Part shown: piece by piece, positions 9,273 to 18,911 of the stretch | How positions within the stretch are numbered: the stretch's first letter is position 1 | How the letters are laid out: every line of letters begins with the position of its first letter | From: Escherichia phage PBM-2 | Strand: one strand, 5' to 3' | Sequence record: PV029541 | DNA: 64,000 nt | Position numbers and translations under genes: made by a program | The notes under the pieces: generated by a model | The model's database searches: none | What the model was told of the DNA's origin: nothing | What the model saw: the letters and a program-made list of their open reading frames with translations, nothing else

Positions 9273-11333
9273 ATGAAAATCGAACTGATTTCTATCATCG
9301 CACTGGCAGTTGACAGTCGAAACTTAACATTGTGGAAGCCTGATGGCTCCACAATTGTATATCCACAGAGCGACCCACGGGTTGCTCGTATCGTATCTGA
9401 AGCACAAACCAAAGGCTTGGGAATTACCAAAGACCTGATAGAAGTAAACATTGCACCAGAAGTATCACTGCGTAATGAGTATCTGGAAGCAGAGAAGAAC
9501 ACTAATGGATTCGTCCGTTTCTTCAAGGTAGCTAAAGCTAAACTCAAAGAGTTCTTCCAGGATGGTACAGATGTTCAACCTACCCAAGCCGTTTCTGATA
9601 TTAAGCTAGGCAATCCCACCAAGACATTAGTATCTAAAGCTATGGATACATTCCTGGCTGTACAAGCTAATGAACCAGAAGTAACAGTATCAGATGGTTG
9701 CTACGACAGACGTGACAATCTGATGTGGATTACTGGCTGGGATAAGGACTATAACTATCCTGCACTGGTTCGTTTTATTAACGACGTAATGGGTTGGGGG
9801 TATGAACAAACCAACACCATGCTCAGACAGGAATGGCCTGTTGCAGTTCGTGCAGTATCCGATGATGAAATGGGTGAGTTTGCTAAACAAGCCAAGCACA
9901 TCAAAGGTGTACATATTGTATTTACCAGCCGTAAACATACCCCACCACCTTACATTGAAGTAGCTAAAACTACGAACCAGGATAAGCTGGCTGCTGCATC
10001 CGAGAAATTAGCTGCATTAGGTGCTATTAGTACTGATAACGCTAACTTTCACACTGATGTGAAGGAAGATGAAGTGGTTGTTGCTGTTACCAACGATGGG
10101 GTTATCCCTGGAGTTGAGAACCTGCAACGTCACTTACGTCAGTCTGCCAAGTTGAAAGACTACAAGGGCTTCACTAAGTTCCTTGAGCGTCTGGCTCCGG
10201 TTATTAAAGACCGTCTGCACTCAGTAGAAGACCTGATGAAGTTCATGGAAACTGCTGAATTGCCTATCGCTGATGATGGTTCAATCCTGTTCCTTAAACG
10301 CCTTCAGTATAAAGGGAAAGAAGATGGTAAACGTGTATTCGTTGACTGTCACTCAGGTAACATCAAACAGTGGGTAGGCTGTAAAGTGCAGGTACGGGAA
10401 GACCTGGTAGATCCTGACCGTCGTCAGGACTGTTCTAACGGTCTGCATGTAGCATCCATGAGCTATATTCGTAGCTTCGGTGGTAACGTAACTATCCTTG
10501 GTAAAGTAGCACCAGAAGATGTATTTGCTGTTCCTCAGTACAGCACTAATAAGATGCGTGTATCTGCGTATCACATTATTGCTGAACTGCCGGAAGAGGA
10601 ACGTAATAACGTTAACAGTGGTATCTATTTGTCTAAAACTGAAGTAGGTAAGAAACTACTTAATGATGCCATCGTTGGGAACCATAGTTCACCTACCACA
10701 CTTATTATGGTTGGTGGACATCGTGGTACTAACCTCAAATACACCAATCTCACATCTGGTTCTGTAGAACAATTCCGTACAGTTGCTAGCAAAGAAGCAC
10801 TGGACATGGAAGAGTCACTGAATGAAGCTGTAGCTGCTGAACCAGTGAAGGCTACTGACCTTAAACCCGTTATTAAGAAGGCTCCTACTGTGAAAGAACA
10901 AATCCAGGAACTGGTTAAAGAGTTCCTTAATGCAACAACACCAGAAGATAAGTTAGCTGCTGCTGACCTTCTGGTAGAACTGCGTTCCAAAGCTCGTAAG
11001 CCTTGGGCTGCATTTGATGTAGGTAGTGACGTGGTAGCTAAGATTGCTGATGTACGTGCTACCTATACAATTAAGCCTATTGGTAAACCTAAAGCTGTTA
11101 AGCAGGATAAGACAGTTAAACCTACACGTTCTGCTGCTGCTTCTAAAGTAGCTCCTTCTGGTAAACACGTTGATAATCTGCGTAGCATCCTGAACGATAC
11201 GTCATATTCTGACTATCAGAAAGGCCATGCTCTGCAAGACTATAAACGTCATGCTAAGAAGTCATTCACTGCAATGGGTCTGACTGAAGAAGAAGCTAAA
11301 TTAGCTACCAAGCTGGTTAAAGCAGTTAAGTAA
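9273..11333 (+). CDS. rIIB: rIIB-like protein
   Basis: 686-aa ORF directly downstream of the rIIA-like gene; assignment by position and size, no specific motif. Confidence 0.5.
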   Translation: MKIELISIIALAVDSRNLTLWKPDGSTIVYPQSDPRVARIVSEAQTKGLGITKDLIEVNIAPEVSLRNEYLEAEKNTNGFVRFFKVAKAKLKEFFQDGTDVQPTQAVSDIKLGNPTKTLVSKAMDTFLAVQANEPEVTVSDGCYDRRDNLMWITGWDKDYNYPALVRFINDVMGWGYEQTNTMLRQEWPVAVRAVSDDEMGEFAKQAKHIKGVHIVFTSRKHTPPPYIEVAKTTNQDKLAAASEKLAALGAISTDNANFHTDVKEDEVVVAVTNDGVIPGVENLQRHLRQSAKLKDYKGFTKFLERLAPVIKDRLHSVEDLMKFMETAELPIADDGSILFLKRLQYKGKEDGKRVFVDCHSGNIKQWVGCKVQVREDLVDPDRRQDCSNGLHVASMSYIRSFGGNVTILGKVAPEDVFAVPQYSTNKMRVSAYHIIAELPEEERNNVNSGIYLSKTEVGKKLLNDAIVGNHSSPTTLIMVGGHRGTNLKYTNLTSGSVEQFRTVASKEALDMEESLNEAVAAEPVKATDLKPVIKKAPTVKEQIQELVKEFLNATTPEDKLAAADLLVELRSKARKPWAAFDVGSDVVAKIADVRATYTIKPIGKPKAVKQDKTVKPTRSAAASKVAPSGKHVDNLRSILNDTSYSDYQKGHALQDYKRHAKKSFTAMGLTEEEAKLATKLVKAVK

Positions 11334-11348
11334 TAGCCTGTTCAAATG

Positions 11349-11372
11349 CCCTCACTTGTAATAAAGTGAGGG
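11349..11372 (+). terminator. stem-loop downstream of rIIB-like gene
   Basis: CCCTCACTT-GTAATA-AAGTGAGGG perfect 9-bp inverted repeat; weak U-tract (TAAATTTG). Confidence 0.4.
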
Positions 11373-11395
11373 TAAATTTGAAGAGGAATTGTACT

Positions 11396-11791
11396 ATGAG
11401 TAAAGTATTCAGAAGTAATCGCAAAGCAACTGATGAAGACATCATTCGTATGAATGCTGTTGGGCTATCCCTCGCAACTATCGCTAAGACGTTGGGGGTT
11501 CACCCCACTACGGTTACTTTGCGATTGCGTTCTTTAAACATTGAACCAGCCGACACACGTCGGACGTTCATGGAAAACGTATTACGTCCTTTACCAACCC
11601 ATGTGGCTGATTGGCTATCAGAACAAGTTGGTCCTGCTTATGAAATTCGTTCATATGTAAGGGACTTGATTCTGGAGGCATATAATAATCGCCACCTTAA
11701 CCAAGAGAGTGAGCATGACAAGTTCATCCGTTTGTACGCTGGCAAATACGGAAGCCTGGTTCCGGAAAGCAGTACCAAATCCGACGAGTAA
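11396..11791 (+). CDS. helix-turn-helix DNA-binding protein
   Basis: ATG at 11396 preceded by AAGAGGAA; HTH-like segment LSLATIAKTLGVHPTTVTLRL. Confidence 0.45.
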   Translation: MSKVFRSNRKATDEDIIRMNAVGLSLATIAKTLGVHPTTVTLRLRSLNIEPADTRRTFMENVLRPLPTHVADWLSEQVGPAYEIRSYVRDLILEAYNNRHLNQESEHDKFIRLYAGKYGSLVPESSTKSDE

Positions 11792-11837
11792 GAATATTAG
11801 TACCCAGATTGGTTGTCATCTGGAAGAAGTAGTAGAG

Positions 11838-12176
11838 ATGCTAGACGAGTTATACGCTAACTCAGAAGATGCTTACGATATTCTTCACAATGCCATTGCA
11901 GCATTAACCGAATTGTCTGATTTAATGAAAAAAGATGACAAAGAGGTATATGCACCGAACAGCCATCGTTTAGCTATCCTTGATAGTCTTGCTGACCAGA
12001 TTGTTACAGCAACCGGCGTCGGTACTTTCCTTGGGATGAATGTCCCTGGAGCATTGAATGAAGTCAATCGCTCTAACTATTCTAAGTTTGAAGATGGGGA
12101 ACCTGTCTTCAATGAGAATAAGAAAGTTATGAAAGGGAAAGACTACACTCCCCCGGATTTAACCCCATACATCTAA
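11838..12176 (+). CDS. possible all-alpha NTP pyrophosphohydrolase (MazG/HisE-like); start uncertain
   Basis: Helical acidic region EMLDELYANSEDAYDILHNAIAALTELSDLMKKDDKE and ALNEVNRSNYSKF; the longer ORF from 11709 overlaps the previous gene in another frame, so start set at ATG 11838. Confidence 0.3.
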   Translation: MLDELYANSEDAYDILHNAIAALTELSDLMKKDDKEVYAPNSHRLAILDSLADQIVTATGVGTFLGMNVPGALNEVNRSNYSKFEDGEPVFNENKKVMKGKDYTPPDLTPYI

Positions 12177-12197
12177 CCCTCTACAGAGGGTTTTTTA
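12177..12197 (+). terminator. rho-independent terminator
   Basis: CCCTCT-ACAG-AGGG stem followed by TTTTTTA. Confidence 0.6.
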
Positions 12198-12209
12198 CTG
12201 GAGATTTAA

Positions 12210-13520
12210 ATGTTTTCCAAACCTACCAAAGCCCCACTGAACCAGGGGCAAGAAGCGGTTGCGAAGGAGTTCTTCGACTTCCTGCTCGACCCTAATGCTA
12301 CCGAATTCAATATTAGTGGCCCAGGGGGAACTGGTAAGACATTCCTGATGTCGCACCTCATTGATGACACTATGCCTGCATACATGGAAACTTGTTCTCT
12401 CATGGGAACCAAGCCCCTGTATAACGAAGTCGTCATGACTGCGACCACGAACAAAGCTGCTGAAGTTCTGGCTCAAGCTACAGGACGTCCAACATCTACC
12501 TATCACTCCTTCCAGGGTCTGATTGTTAAGAATGATTTTAAGACTGGCGAGGCTAATGTCGTACCATCTAAATCATTCAATATTAAGAAGAACAAAATCA
12601 TCTTCGTAGACGAAGCATCCATGATTGACCGTCAGTTACTTAAGTATGCTCGTGAAGGTACTCACCAGTGCAAACTGGTATTTGTAGGTGATGCTTCTCA
12701 GCTTTTGCCTGTTAAAGAGAATAAGTCTCCGGTATACGCAGGTAATATCCCAACACACTATCTGACTGAACAGATGCGTACTGATGCACCGGAACTTAAA
12801 GCATTGCACCAGCAATTGCGTGATACGGTGGAAGGTAAGACAGGCTTCCTGCCAATTAAATGTATCCCAGGTATCATTGACTGGGTACAGGAGGAAGAGA
12901 TGGAGAAATTGGTTCTCAGTCACTTCACTCAACCTACCAACAGCCGTATTGTTGCTTACACAAATGACCAGGTTATTAATTACAATAACTACATTCGTGA
13001 AGCTAACGGTTATGTGGGTGAATACTCCATCGGTGAACAGTTAGTTTCTAACTCTGCTGTTCGCTTGGGTGTGGATAATCGTTTATCTATTGAACAGGAC
13101 GTAAAACTCATTGACCAGGATAGTAGTACTCGCATGATTAAGGTTACAGGTGACCTGGAACTGGAAGTTCGTGATAGTACTCTTGACCTAGGCTATGGTG
13201 GCATTGTAAGTGAAGTTCCAGTACCTACTGACCCAGACTACTTCAACCGTTTGGTTAAGTGGTTAGGTAAGGAGAAGAACTGGGAACCTTACTTCCGTCT
13301 TAAAGAAACCATTCCAGACCTGCGTGCTACTCATGCATGTACTGTCCATAAATCACAAGGCTCTACTTACGACACAATCTTCATTGATGCAAATGACCTC
13401 TCAAGCTGTCGCCAACCAGATATGGTTGCCCGTCTGCTTTACGTCGCTGTGTCTCGTGCCCGTAAGCGAGTAGTGTTCTATGGCAATCTTGCCAGTAAGT
13501 ACGGTGGTCTAACTTTCTAA
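12210..13520 (+). CDS. SF1 DNA helicase, Dda/RecD-like
   Basis: Walker A GPGGTGKT, motif II VFVGDASQLLPV, C-terminal VHKSQGSTYDTIFID and YVAVSRARKRVVF motifs. Confidence 0.8.
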   Translation: MFSKPTKAPLNQGQEAVAKEFFDFLLDPNATEFNISGPGGTGKTFLMSHLIDDTMPAYMETCSLMGTKPLYNEVVMTATTNKAAEVLAQATGRPTSTYHSFQGLIVKNDFKTGEANVVPSKSFNIKKNKIIFVDEASMIDRQLLKYAREGTHQCKLVFVGDASQLLPVKENKSPVYAGNIPTHYLTEQMRTDAPELKALHQQLRDTVEGKTGFLPIKCIPGIIDWVQEEEMEKLVLSHFTQPTNSRIVAYTNDQVINYNNYIREANGYVGEYSIGEQLVSNSAVRLGVDNRLSIEQDVKLIDQDSSTRMIKVTGDLELEVRDSTLDLGYGGIVSEVPVPTDPDYFNRLVKWLGKEKNWEPYFRLKETIPDLRATHACTVHKSQGSTYDTIFIDANDLSSCRQPDMVARLLYVAVSRARKRVVFYGNLASKYGGLTF

Positions 13521-13530
13521 GGGAGGATAT

Positions 13531-14061
13531 ATGCCTCAGATTGGTTCAGCGACTATTGGTCAGGTTGCCAATAGTAGCGAGATGGTCAAGCATCTGTTCT
13601 TAGCAGAACTGGTTCGTCTTGATGGTGTGTTAAACAGTATTATTGATAAGAATGACCGTATTAACGGTGTAGATGTATCGGCTGGATTCCTTCACCAGGG
13701 AGAGTTCTATCAGCGTTCTAATGCTACCAGACCTCCCACCTACGGTGAGCGATTAACGCTTAATCCAGAACTATGGCCTTCAATGGACAAGTATCTGAAA
13801 GCCTCCAGTCGTTTGATTATGGAAGTACACCTTGTGAACCAGACTGTATATCGTCTGGTTCGCGGTTGTATGTCCTATCAGGATGTACGTGATGCTCTGC
13901 CTGAGTGTCTGGTAGCACAAGACCAGACGGGTCAGTACAAAGGTCTGCCTCGTAATCGTGAAGCAGCCTGGACACTTGCTGGTGATGCTATGGCAATCAA
14001 GCAGTATGAGAAGATTCTGCCCTCTATTGAGTATTATGCAGCTTCCCATCTGATTTTCTAA
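13531..14061 (+). CDS. hypothetical protein
   Basis: 176-aa ORF with RBS GGGAGGA upstream. Confidence 0.45.
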   Translation: MPQIGSATIGQVANSSEMVKHLFLAELVRLDGVLNSIIDKNDRINGVDVSAGFLHQGEFYQRSNATRPPTYGERLTLNPELWPSMDKYLKASSRLIMEVHLVNQTVYRLVRGCMSYQDVRDALPECLVAQDQTGQYKGLPRNREAAWTLAGDAMAIKQYEKILPSIEYYAASHLIF

Positions 14062-14070
14062 GGTAAAGCT

Positions 14071-16650
14071 ATGCGTTACATCACCTCTCAAGATACTGGT
14101 AAGTATCCTATTGCTATCCTCGGTCATCAAATCCGAAGGGAGGAGATGATTAAAACCTACCTGCTGCCTTATGACCTAAGCATGGAAGACTTCATCTTCA
14201 TTGAACTTCATTCTGCTCCAGGCAAGAAGAAGACTCCTGCAAGGGAGATTAAGGAGTTCATACAGCAGGAACTGCAACAAGTACTGGATGATGCGGAAAC
14301 TCAATACATTATCTGTACCGATTCTGACTACTTTAAAATACTGACTAAGGAAGCTAAAGCAGAGGCTAACCTCGGCTATGTTTGTGATTCAGTATGGGGT
14401 AAGCAGAAGGTTATCTATACGCCTAGTTACAGACAGGTATTTTATGACCCACCTGTAGTGAAATCCAAGATTGCTCAGGGTATGGATGCATTACTCAACC
14501 ATATACGTGGGCAGTATGCTGAACCAGGTCAGGGAATCATTGAGTTTGAAGCCTATCCAGATACTCCTGAGAAGATTAAAGCCTGGTTAGACCAGTTGCT
14601 TGAGATGAATAAGCCTTTGGCTATAGACATCGAAGCATTCGGTTTAAAGCACTATAACGCCGGTATAGGAACAATTACATTCTGTTGGAGTAAGACACAG
14701 GGCATAGCCTTTAATGTGGACTACGAGCCAATTGAGGGGGCTACTGAAGCACCTTATGGACGTATCAACAGAAATGATATTGTTCGAAATCTTCTGCGCG
14801 AGTTCTTCATTAAGTACACCCAACGGCAGATGTATCACAACATTAGCTATGACGTGTATGTGCTTATCTATCAGCTGTTCATGGGTAACCTGATTGATAC
14901 AGAAGGACTACTGCATGGCATGGACATCATGCTGCGTAACTGGGACTGTACTAAATTAATTACTTACCTGGCTACTAACAGTTGTGCTGGCAATCATCTT
15001 AGCCTAAAAGAGCAGGCTCAGGAGTATGCTGGTAACTATGCTCAGGATGATATTAAAGACATTCGCCTTATTCCTAATGAGCAGCTGTTACGCTACAACC
15101 TCATAGATGGCTTGTGTACTTGGTACACCTATGAGAAGCACTGGGATACTCTCATTGCTGATGACCAATTAGATGTTTACAACAACATCTTTAAGCCAGC
15201 TTGCGAAGACATCATTCAGATGCAGTTAACCGGTATGCCCATGAATATGGAAACCGTTAACCAGGTAGCTGAAGAAATGGAAACTGACAGGAACCAGGCA
15301 CTGAAAACTATTCGTGAGTCTAACCTCATGAAGAACTTTACCCTGATGCTTCGTCAGGAATGGGTAGACGATAAGAATGCTAAGTTGAAAAAGAAACAGG
15401 TAACACTGGCTGATTGTGACATCGAGTTTAATCCTAACTCTGGTCCACAACTACAGAAGTTGTTATTTGATTATATCGGCTTACCGGTTCTTGGTCTTAC
15501 TAAGAGCAAGCAACCTGCTACTGACGGTGACACTATTAAAGCACTGCGTACACATACGCAGAGTGAAGATGTTAAGGAACTGCTCAATGCACTTATCGAC
15601 TATAAGCTCGTGGATAAGATTATCACTAGCTTTATACCAGCTTTCAGGAATGCCCAACCGGGACCAGATGGCTGGCACTACCTGTTCGGTAACCTCAATC
15701 TGGGAGGCACAGTCTCCGGTAGGTTATCGGCTTCAGAGCCAAATCTACAAACAATTCCATCCGGCTCTAAATATGCCAAGAAGATTAAGAAATGCTTCGA
15801 AGCTCCTCCAGGCTGGATATTTTGCGGCTTGGATTTCGCCTCGCTGGAAGACAGAATCTCTGCACTGACGACTAAAGACCCACAGAAGCTTAAGGTATAT
15901 ACCGATGGTTATGACGGTCATAGTCTTCGCGCATATGCTTATTTTGGTGAGCAGATGCCAGACATTGAAGACACAGTAGAATCCATTAACTCCATTCAGC
16001 ATAAGTACAAATCATTGCGTAGTGACTCGAAGGCTCCAACCTTCTTACTTACCTATGGTGGTACTTATATGGGCTTAATGAAAAACTGTGGCTTCTCCGA
16101 AGAGAAGGCTAAGACTACAGAGAAACGTTATCACGATCTCTATGTAGTTAGTGATATGTGGGTTCAGGCTAAGCTAGATGAAGCTGCTAAGACTGGTTAT
16201 GTAACTGCTGCATTTGGTTTGAGAGTGCGTACTCCTTTACTGGCTCAGGTATTACGTGGGACATGTAAGACTCCATATGAAGCAGAAGCAGAAGGCAGAA
16301 CTGCTGGTAACGCATTAGGTCAAAGCTGGTGTCTACTGAATAACCGTGCTGGCTCAGAGTTTATGCGTAAAGTCAGAACCAGTGAGTTCAGGTTAGATAT
16401 ACGCCCTTGTATTCACATTCATGATGCCCAATACTTCATGATTCGCGATAACATGGACACCTTGCAGTATACGAACAAGCACTTGGTTGAAGCCGTTAAC
16501 TGGCAGGATCATCCTGATATTGCTCATCCAGAAGTTGGTTTGGGTGGGGAACTATCCTTGTTTTACCCAACGTGGGCTAACGAGATTGAAATTCCAAATC
16601 ACGCTACCCCAGAAGAAGTTCATCAAATAATTCAAAAGGCATTCGCATGA
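14071..16650 (+). CDS. DNA polymerase, family A, with 3'-5' exonuclease domain
   Basis: Exo I-like AIDIEAFGL, motif A DFASLEDRISALT, motif B KAPTFLLTYGG, motif C HIHDAQY. Confidence 0.85.
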   Translation: MRYITSQDTGKYPIAILGHQIRREEMIKTYLLPYDLSMEDFIFIELHSAPGKKKTPAREIKEFIQQELQQVLDDAETQYIICTDSDYFKILTKEAKAEANLGYVCDSVWGKQKVIYTPSYRQVFYDPPVVKSKIAQGMDALLNHIRGQYAEPGQGIIEFEAYPDTPEKIKAWLDQLLEMNKPLAIDIEAFGLKHYNAGIGTITFCWSKTQGIAFNVDYEPIEGATEAPYGRINRNDIVRNLLREFFIKYTQRQMYHNISYDVYVLIYQLFMGNLIDTEGLLHGMDIMLRNWDCTKLITYLATNSCAGNHLSLKEQAQEYAGNYAQDDIKDIRLIPNEQLLRYNLIDGLCTWYTYEKHWDTLIADDQLDVYNNIFKPACEDIIQMQLTGMPMNMETVNQVAEEMETDRNQALKTIRESNLMKNFTLMLRQEWVDDKNAKLKKKQVTLADCDIEFNPNSGPQLQKLLFDYIGLPVLGLTKSKQPATDGDTIKALRTHTQSEDVKELLNALIDYKLVDKIITSFIPAFRNAQPGPDGWHYLFGNLNLGGTVSGRLSASEPNLQTIPSGSKYAKKIKKCFEAPPGWIFCGLDFASLEDRISALTTKDPQKLKVYTDGYDGHSLRAYAYFGEQMPDIEDTVESINSIQHKYKSLRSDSKAPTFLLTYGGTYMGLMKNCGFSEEKAKTTEKRYHDLYVVSDMWVQAKLDEAAKTGYVTAAFGLRVRTPLLAQVLRGTCKTPYEAEAEGRTAGNALGQSWCLLNNRAGSEFMRKVRTSEFRLDIRPCIHIHDAQYFMIRDNMDTLQYTNKHLVEAVNWQDHPDIAHPEVGLGGELSLFYPTWANEIEIPNHATPEEVHQIIQKAFA

Positions 16651-16952
16651 CCAAAAGTACTAAAGAAACTGTAGTCAAAAAGTATCATTGGATGGTGGCA
16701 GCACAGGTAATCTTCCAGCTTCCTAAAGCTGATGATGGCTCCCTGCTTACCATGAACACAATGCTGCTCACTGACGAACCTCATGTGACCTATAAAGATT
16801 TGGCTCGTGCCAATCACTCACTGAAGATTAGTCTGGACCAGCGTTTTGATACCTCGGTTGACTTGAAAGACATCGTTTATCTATCTATTAACAACCTGGG
16901 CCTGATGTCTGAACCAGAGTTCCAGGCAAACATGATTCCCAAGGGGGAATAA
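16647..16952 (+). CDS. hypothetical protein
   Basis: 101-aa ORF; ATGA overlap with the polymerase stop. Confidence 0.4.
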   Translation: MTKSTKETVVKKYHWMVAAQVIFQLPKADDGSLLTMNTMLLTDEPHVTYKDLARANHSLKISLDQRFDTSVDLKDIVYLSINNLGLMSEPEFQANMIPKGE

Positions 16953-17419
16953 TGACTAAGCTCTCCGGTGGTCTTAATAACTACTATGTAGTTACAATTA
17001 AGAATCCCCAACGGAAAGAGCAAGAGCCATACCAAGCAGAGTGTGAGGATATTATCCAAGCACTAGGCATGACCTTCGATGAAGGTTGTGCCTTTAAAGC
17101 TCTATGGCGAAATGCTGCTGCCCGTATGGGTAATGGTAAACCTGGAAACACTTCAGTTTATGACTGTGAGAAATTGGTTCATTACGCTAATCGTATTCTT
17201 ACTAAAGAGAAGTTAGTAGATGAATTACCTGCCACAGATATCACTGCTACTGGGAGATGCTGGCATTACCCGGGGAATGGAAATCCTTATCTAACAGTGA
17301 ACTTTCAGTTCATTGAGGTAGCGTACAAAGGTGAACTAGATAACATAGTCAGCTATAGCTTCGATGAGGTAGAGAGTATTCGTTGGAACCAGGTGCATAG
17401 ATACAGGATTACTTACTGA
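16952..17419 (+). CDS. hypothetical protein
   Basis: 155-aa ORF; TAATG overlap with the upstream stop. Confidence 0.4.
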   Translation: MTKLSGGLNNYYVVTIKNPQRKEQEPYQAECEDIIQALGMTFDEGCAFKALWRNAAARMGNGKPGNTSVYDCEKLVHYANRILTKEKLVDELPATDITATGRCWHYPGNGNPYLTVNFQFIEVAYKGELDNIVSYSFDEVESIRWNQVHRYRITY

Positions 17420-18399
17420 TGAAGATAACCAACAACCATGATGTCTCGCTGGCCCTGGCTGTATGGCTATTACATGACGAGTATGATTATGTAGACAATC
17501 CTAAGTATCTGTCTGTAACCACACTGCTTAAGCCACTTAAGCAAATCGTCATGAAGCATCGTGTAGACCTCAGTGACCAGTCAATTGATGTTATGGATTT
17601 TGTCTCCACATCAATGGGTACTGGCTTACACGATTCTATTGAGAAAGCCTGGAAGTTAGGCCATAAGACTGCATTGAAAAAGTTGGGTTATCCTCAGCGA
17701 GTAATTGATGCAGTAGTCATTAACCCAACCAAAGCAGACTTTGATGCTAACCCTGACCTTATCCCAATCTACATTGAACAACGTGGAACCAGGGTAGTTA
17801 AGGGTTGGACTATCGGAGGTAAGTTCGACATCGTAACAGAAGGTCTATTGCAAGACTTTAAGTCTACCTCAACCTATTCCTGGGTTGCTGGTTCCCGTGA
17901 TGATGAACACAAGATGCAAGGTAGCTTGTACCGTTGGATTCACAACGACATCATTACCGAGGATGTAATCCGTATTAACTACATCTTCACTGACTTCATG
18001 AAACACATGGCTAATAGCAATCCGAACTATCCTGCTAATCGTATTATGCATAAGGATATTCCGTTGTTATCTGTCGATAAGACTGAACGTTGGGTAGAAG
18101 AGAAGATACATCTCATCGAAAAGTACTGGGATGCTCCTGAAGAGGAAATTCCTGAATGTACTGACGAGGAGTTGTGGCGAACAGAGCCACAGTTCAAATA
18201 CTTCTCTGATGCTTCTAAGGTAGATATGCCTGGAGCCAGAAGTACCAAAAACTTTGACGATATGGCATCTGCCCGTATCTTCATGGCTGAAAAAGGTGGC
18301 AAGGGTGCTATCAAGGTCGTGGAGGGGCAGGTTAAGCGTTGCTTATACTGCCCTGTCGCAACCATTTGCAAACAAAGAGAGAGATATTTTCCATCATGA
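17419..18399 (+). CDS. PD-(D/E)xK nuclease with C-terminal Cys cluster (Cas4/RecB-like exonuclease)
   Basis: GKFDIVTEG (motif II Asp) and LQDFKST (E/D-x-K) segments; C-terminal cysteines at PEC, RC, LYC and ICK suggest an Fe-S or Zn site. Confidence 0.45.
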   Translation: MKITNNHDVSLALAVWLLHDEYDYVDNPKYLSVTTLLKPLKQIVMKHRVDLSDQSIDVMDFVSTSMGTGLHDSIEKAWKLGHKTALKKLGYPQRVIDAVVINPTKADFDANPDLIPIYIEQRGTRVVKGWTIGGKFDIVTEGLLQDFKSTSTYSWVAGSRDDEHKMQGSLYRWIHNDIITEDVIRINYIFTDFMKHMANSNPNYPANRIMHKDIPLLSVDKTERWVEEKIHLIEKYWDAPEEEIPECTDEELWRTEPQFKYFSDASKVDMPGARSTKNFDDMASARIFMAEKGGKGAIKVVEGQVKRCLYCPVATICKQRERYFPS

Positions 18400-18911
18400 T
18401 TAAGCTGACTCAGCAACGGCTAAAAGAGTTGCTGCATTATGACCCACTTACTGGGATATTTACTCGCCGCATCTCCCTCAGTAACCGAACACCTGTCGGT
18501 AGTGTTGCTGGGTCGCTCAATAACAGTGACGGTTATCTCTACATAACAGTTGATGCCAAACGGGAAGCTGCCCATAGGTTAGCTTGGTTGTACGTGTACG
18601 GTATGTGGCCTACTGGTTTAATAGACCATAAAGACACCATACGTCACCACAACTGGATAGACAATCTAAGGGAAGCGGATAAAAGCACCAATGGTGCTAA
18701 CCGTGGACTGAATAAAAACAACACCAGTGGTTTTATGGGTGTTACTAAGTTCAGGGGTAACTACTTAGCCAAAATCAAAGTAAACCGTAAATCAATTCAT
18801 TTAGGTGTATTCCTGGAAGCAATTGAAGCTGCCAAAGTATACGACTTAGCTGCCGTAAAATACTTCGGAGAATATGCCGTCACTAATAAGAGCATAGGAT
18901 TAATCAAATGA
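18396..18911 (+). CDS. HNH homing endonuclease with AP2-type DNA-binding domain
   Basis: HNH core LIDHKDTIRHHNWIDNLREA and AP2-like GFMGVTKFRGNYLAKIKVNRKSIHLGVFLEAIEAAKVYDLAAVKYFG; start ATG 18396 overlaps the upstream stop. Confidence 0.7.
   Translation: MIKLTQQRLKELLHYDPLTGIFTRRISLSNRTPVGSVAGSLNNSDGYLYITVDAKREAAHRLAWLYVYGMWPTGLIDHKDTIRHHNWIDNLREADKSTNGANRGLNKNNTSGFMGVTKFRGNYLAKIKVNRKSIHLGVFLEAIEAAKVYDLAAVKYFGEYAVTNKSIGLIK

Noticed and set aside
18339-18911. HNH gene as part of a transposon or integrated element
   Set aside because: No flanking direct or inverted repeats, no integrase or transposase; consistent with a free-standing homing endonuclease.
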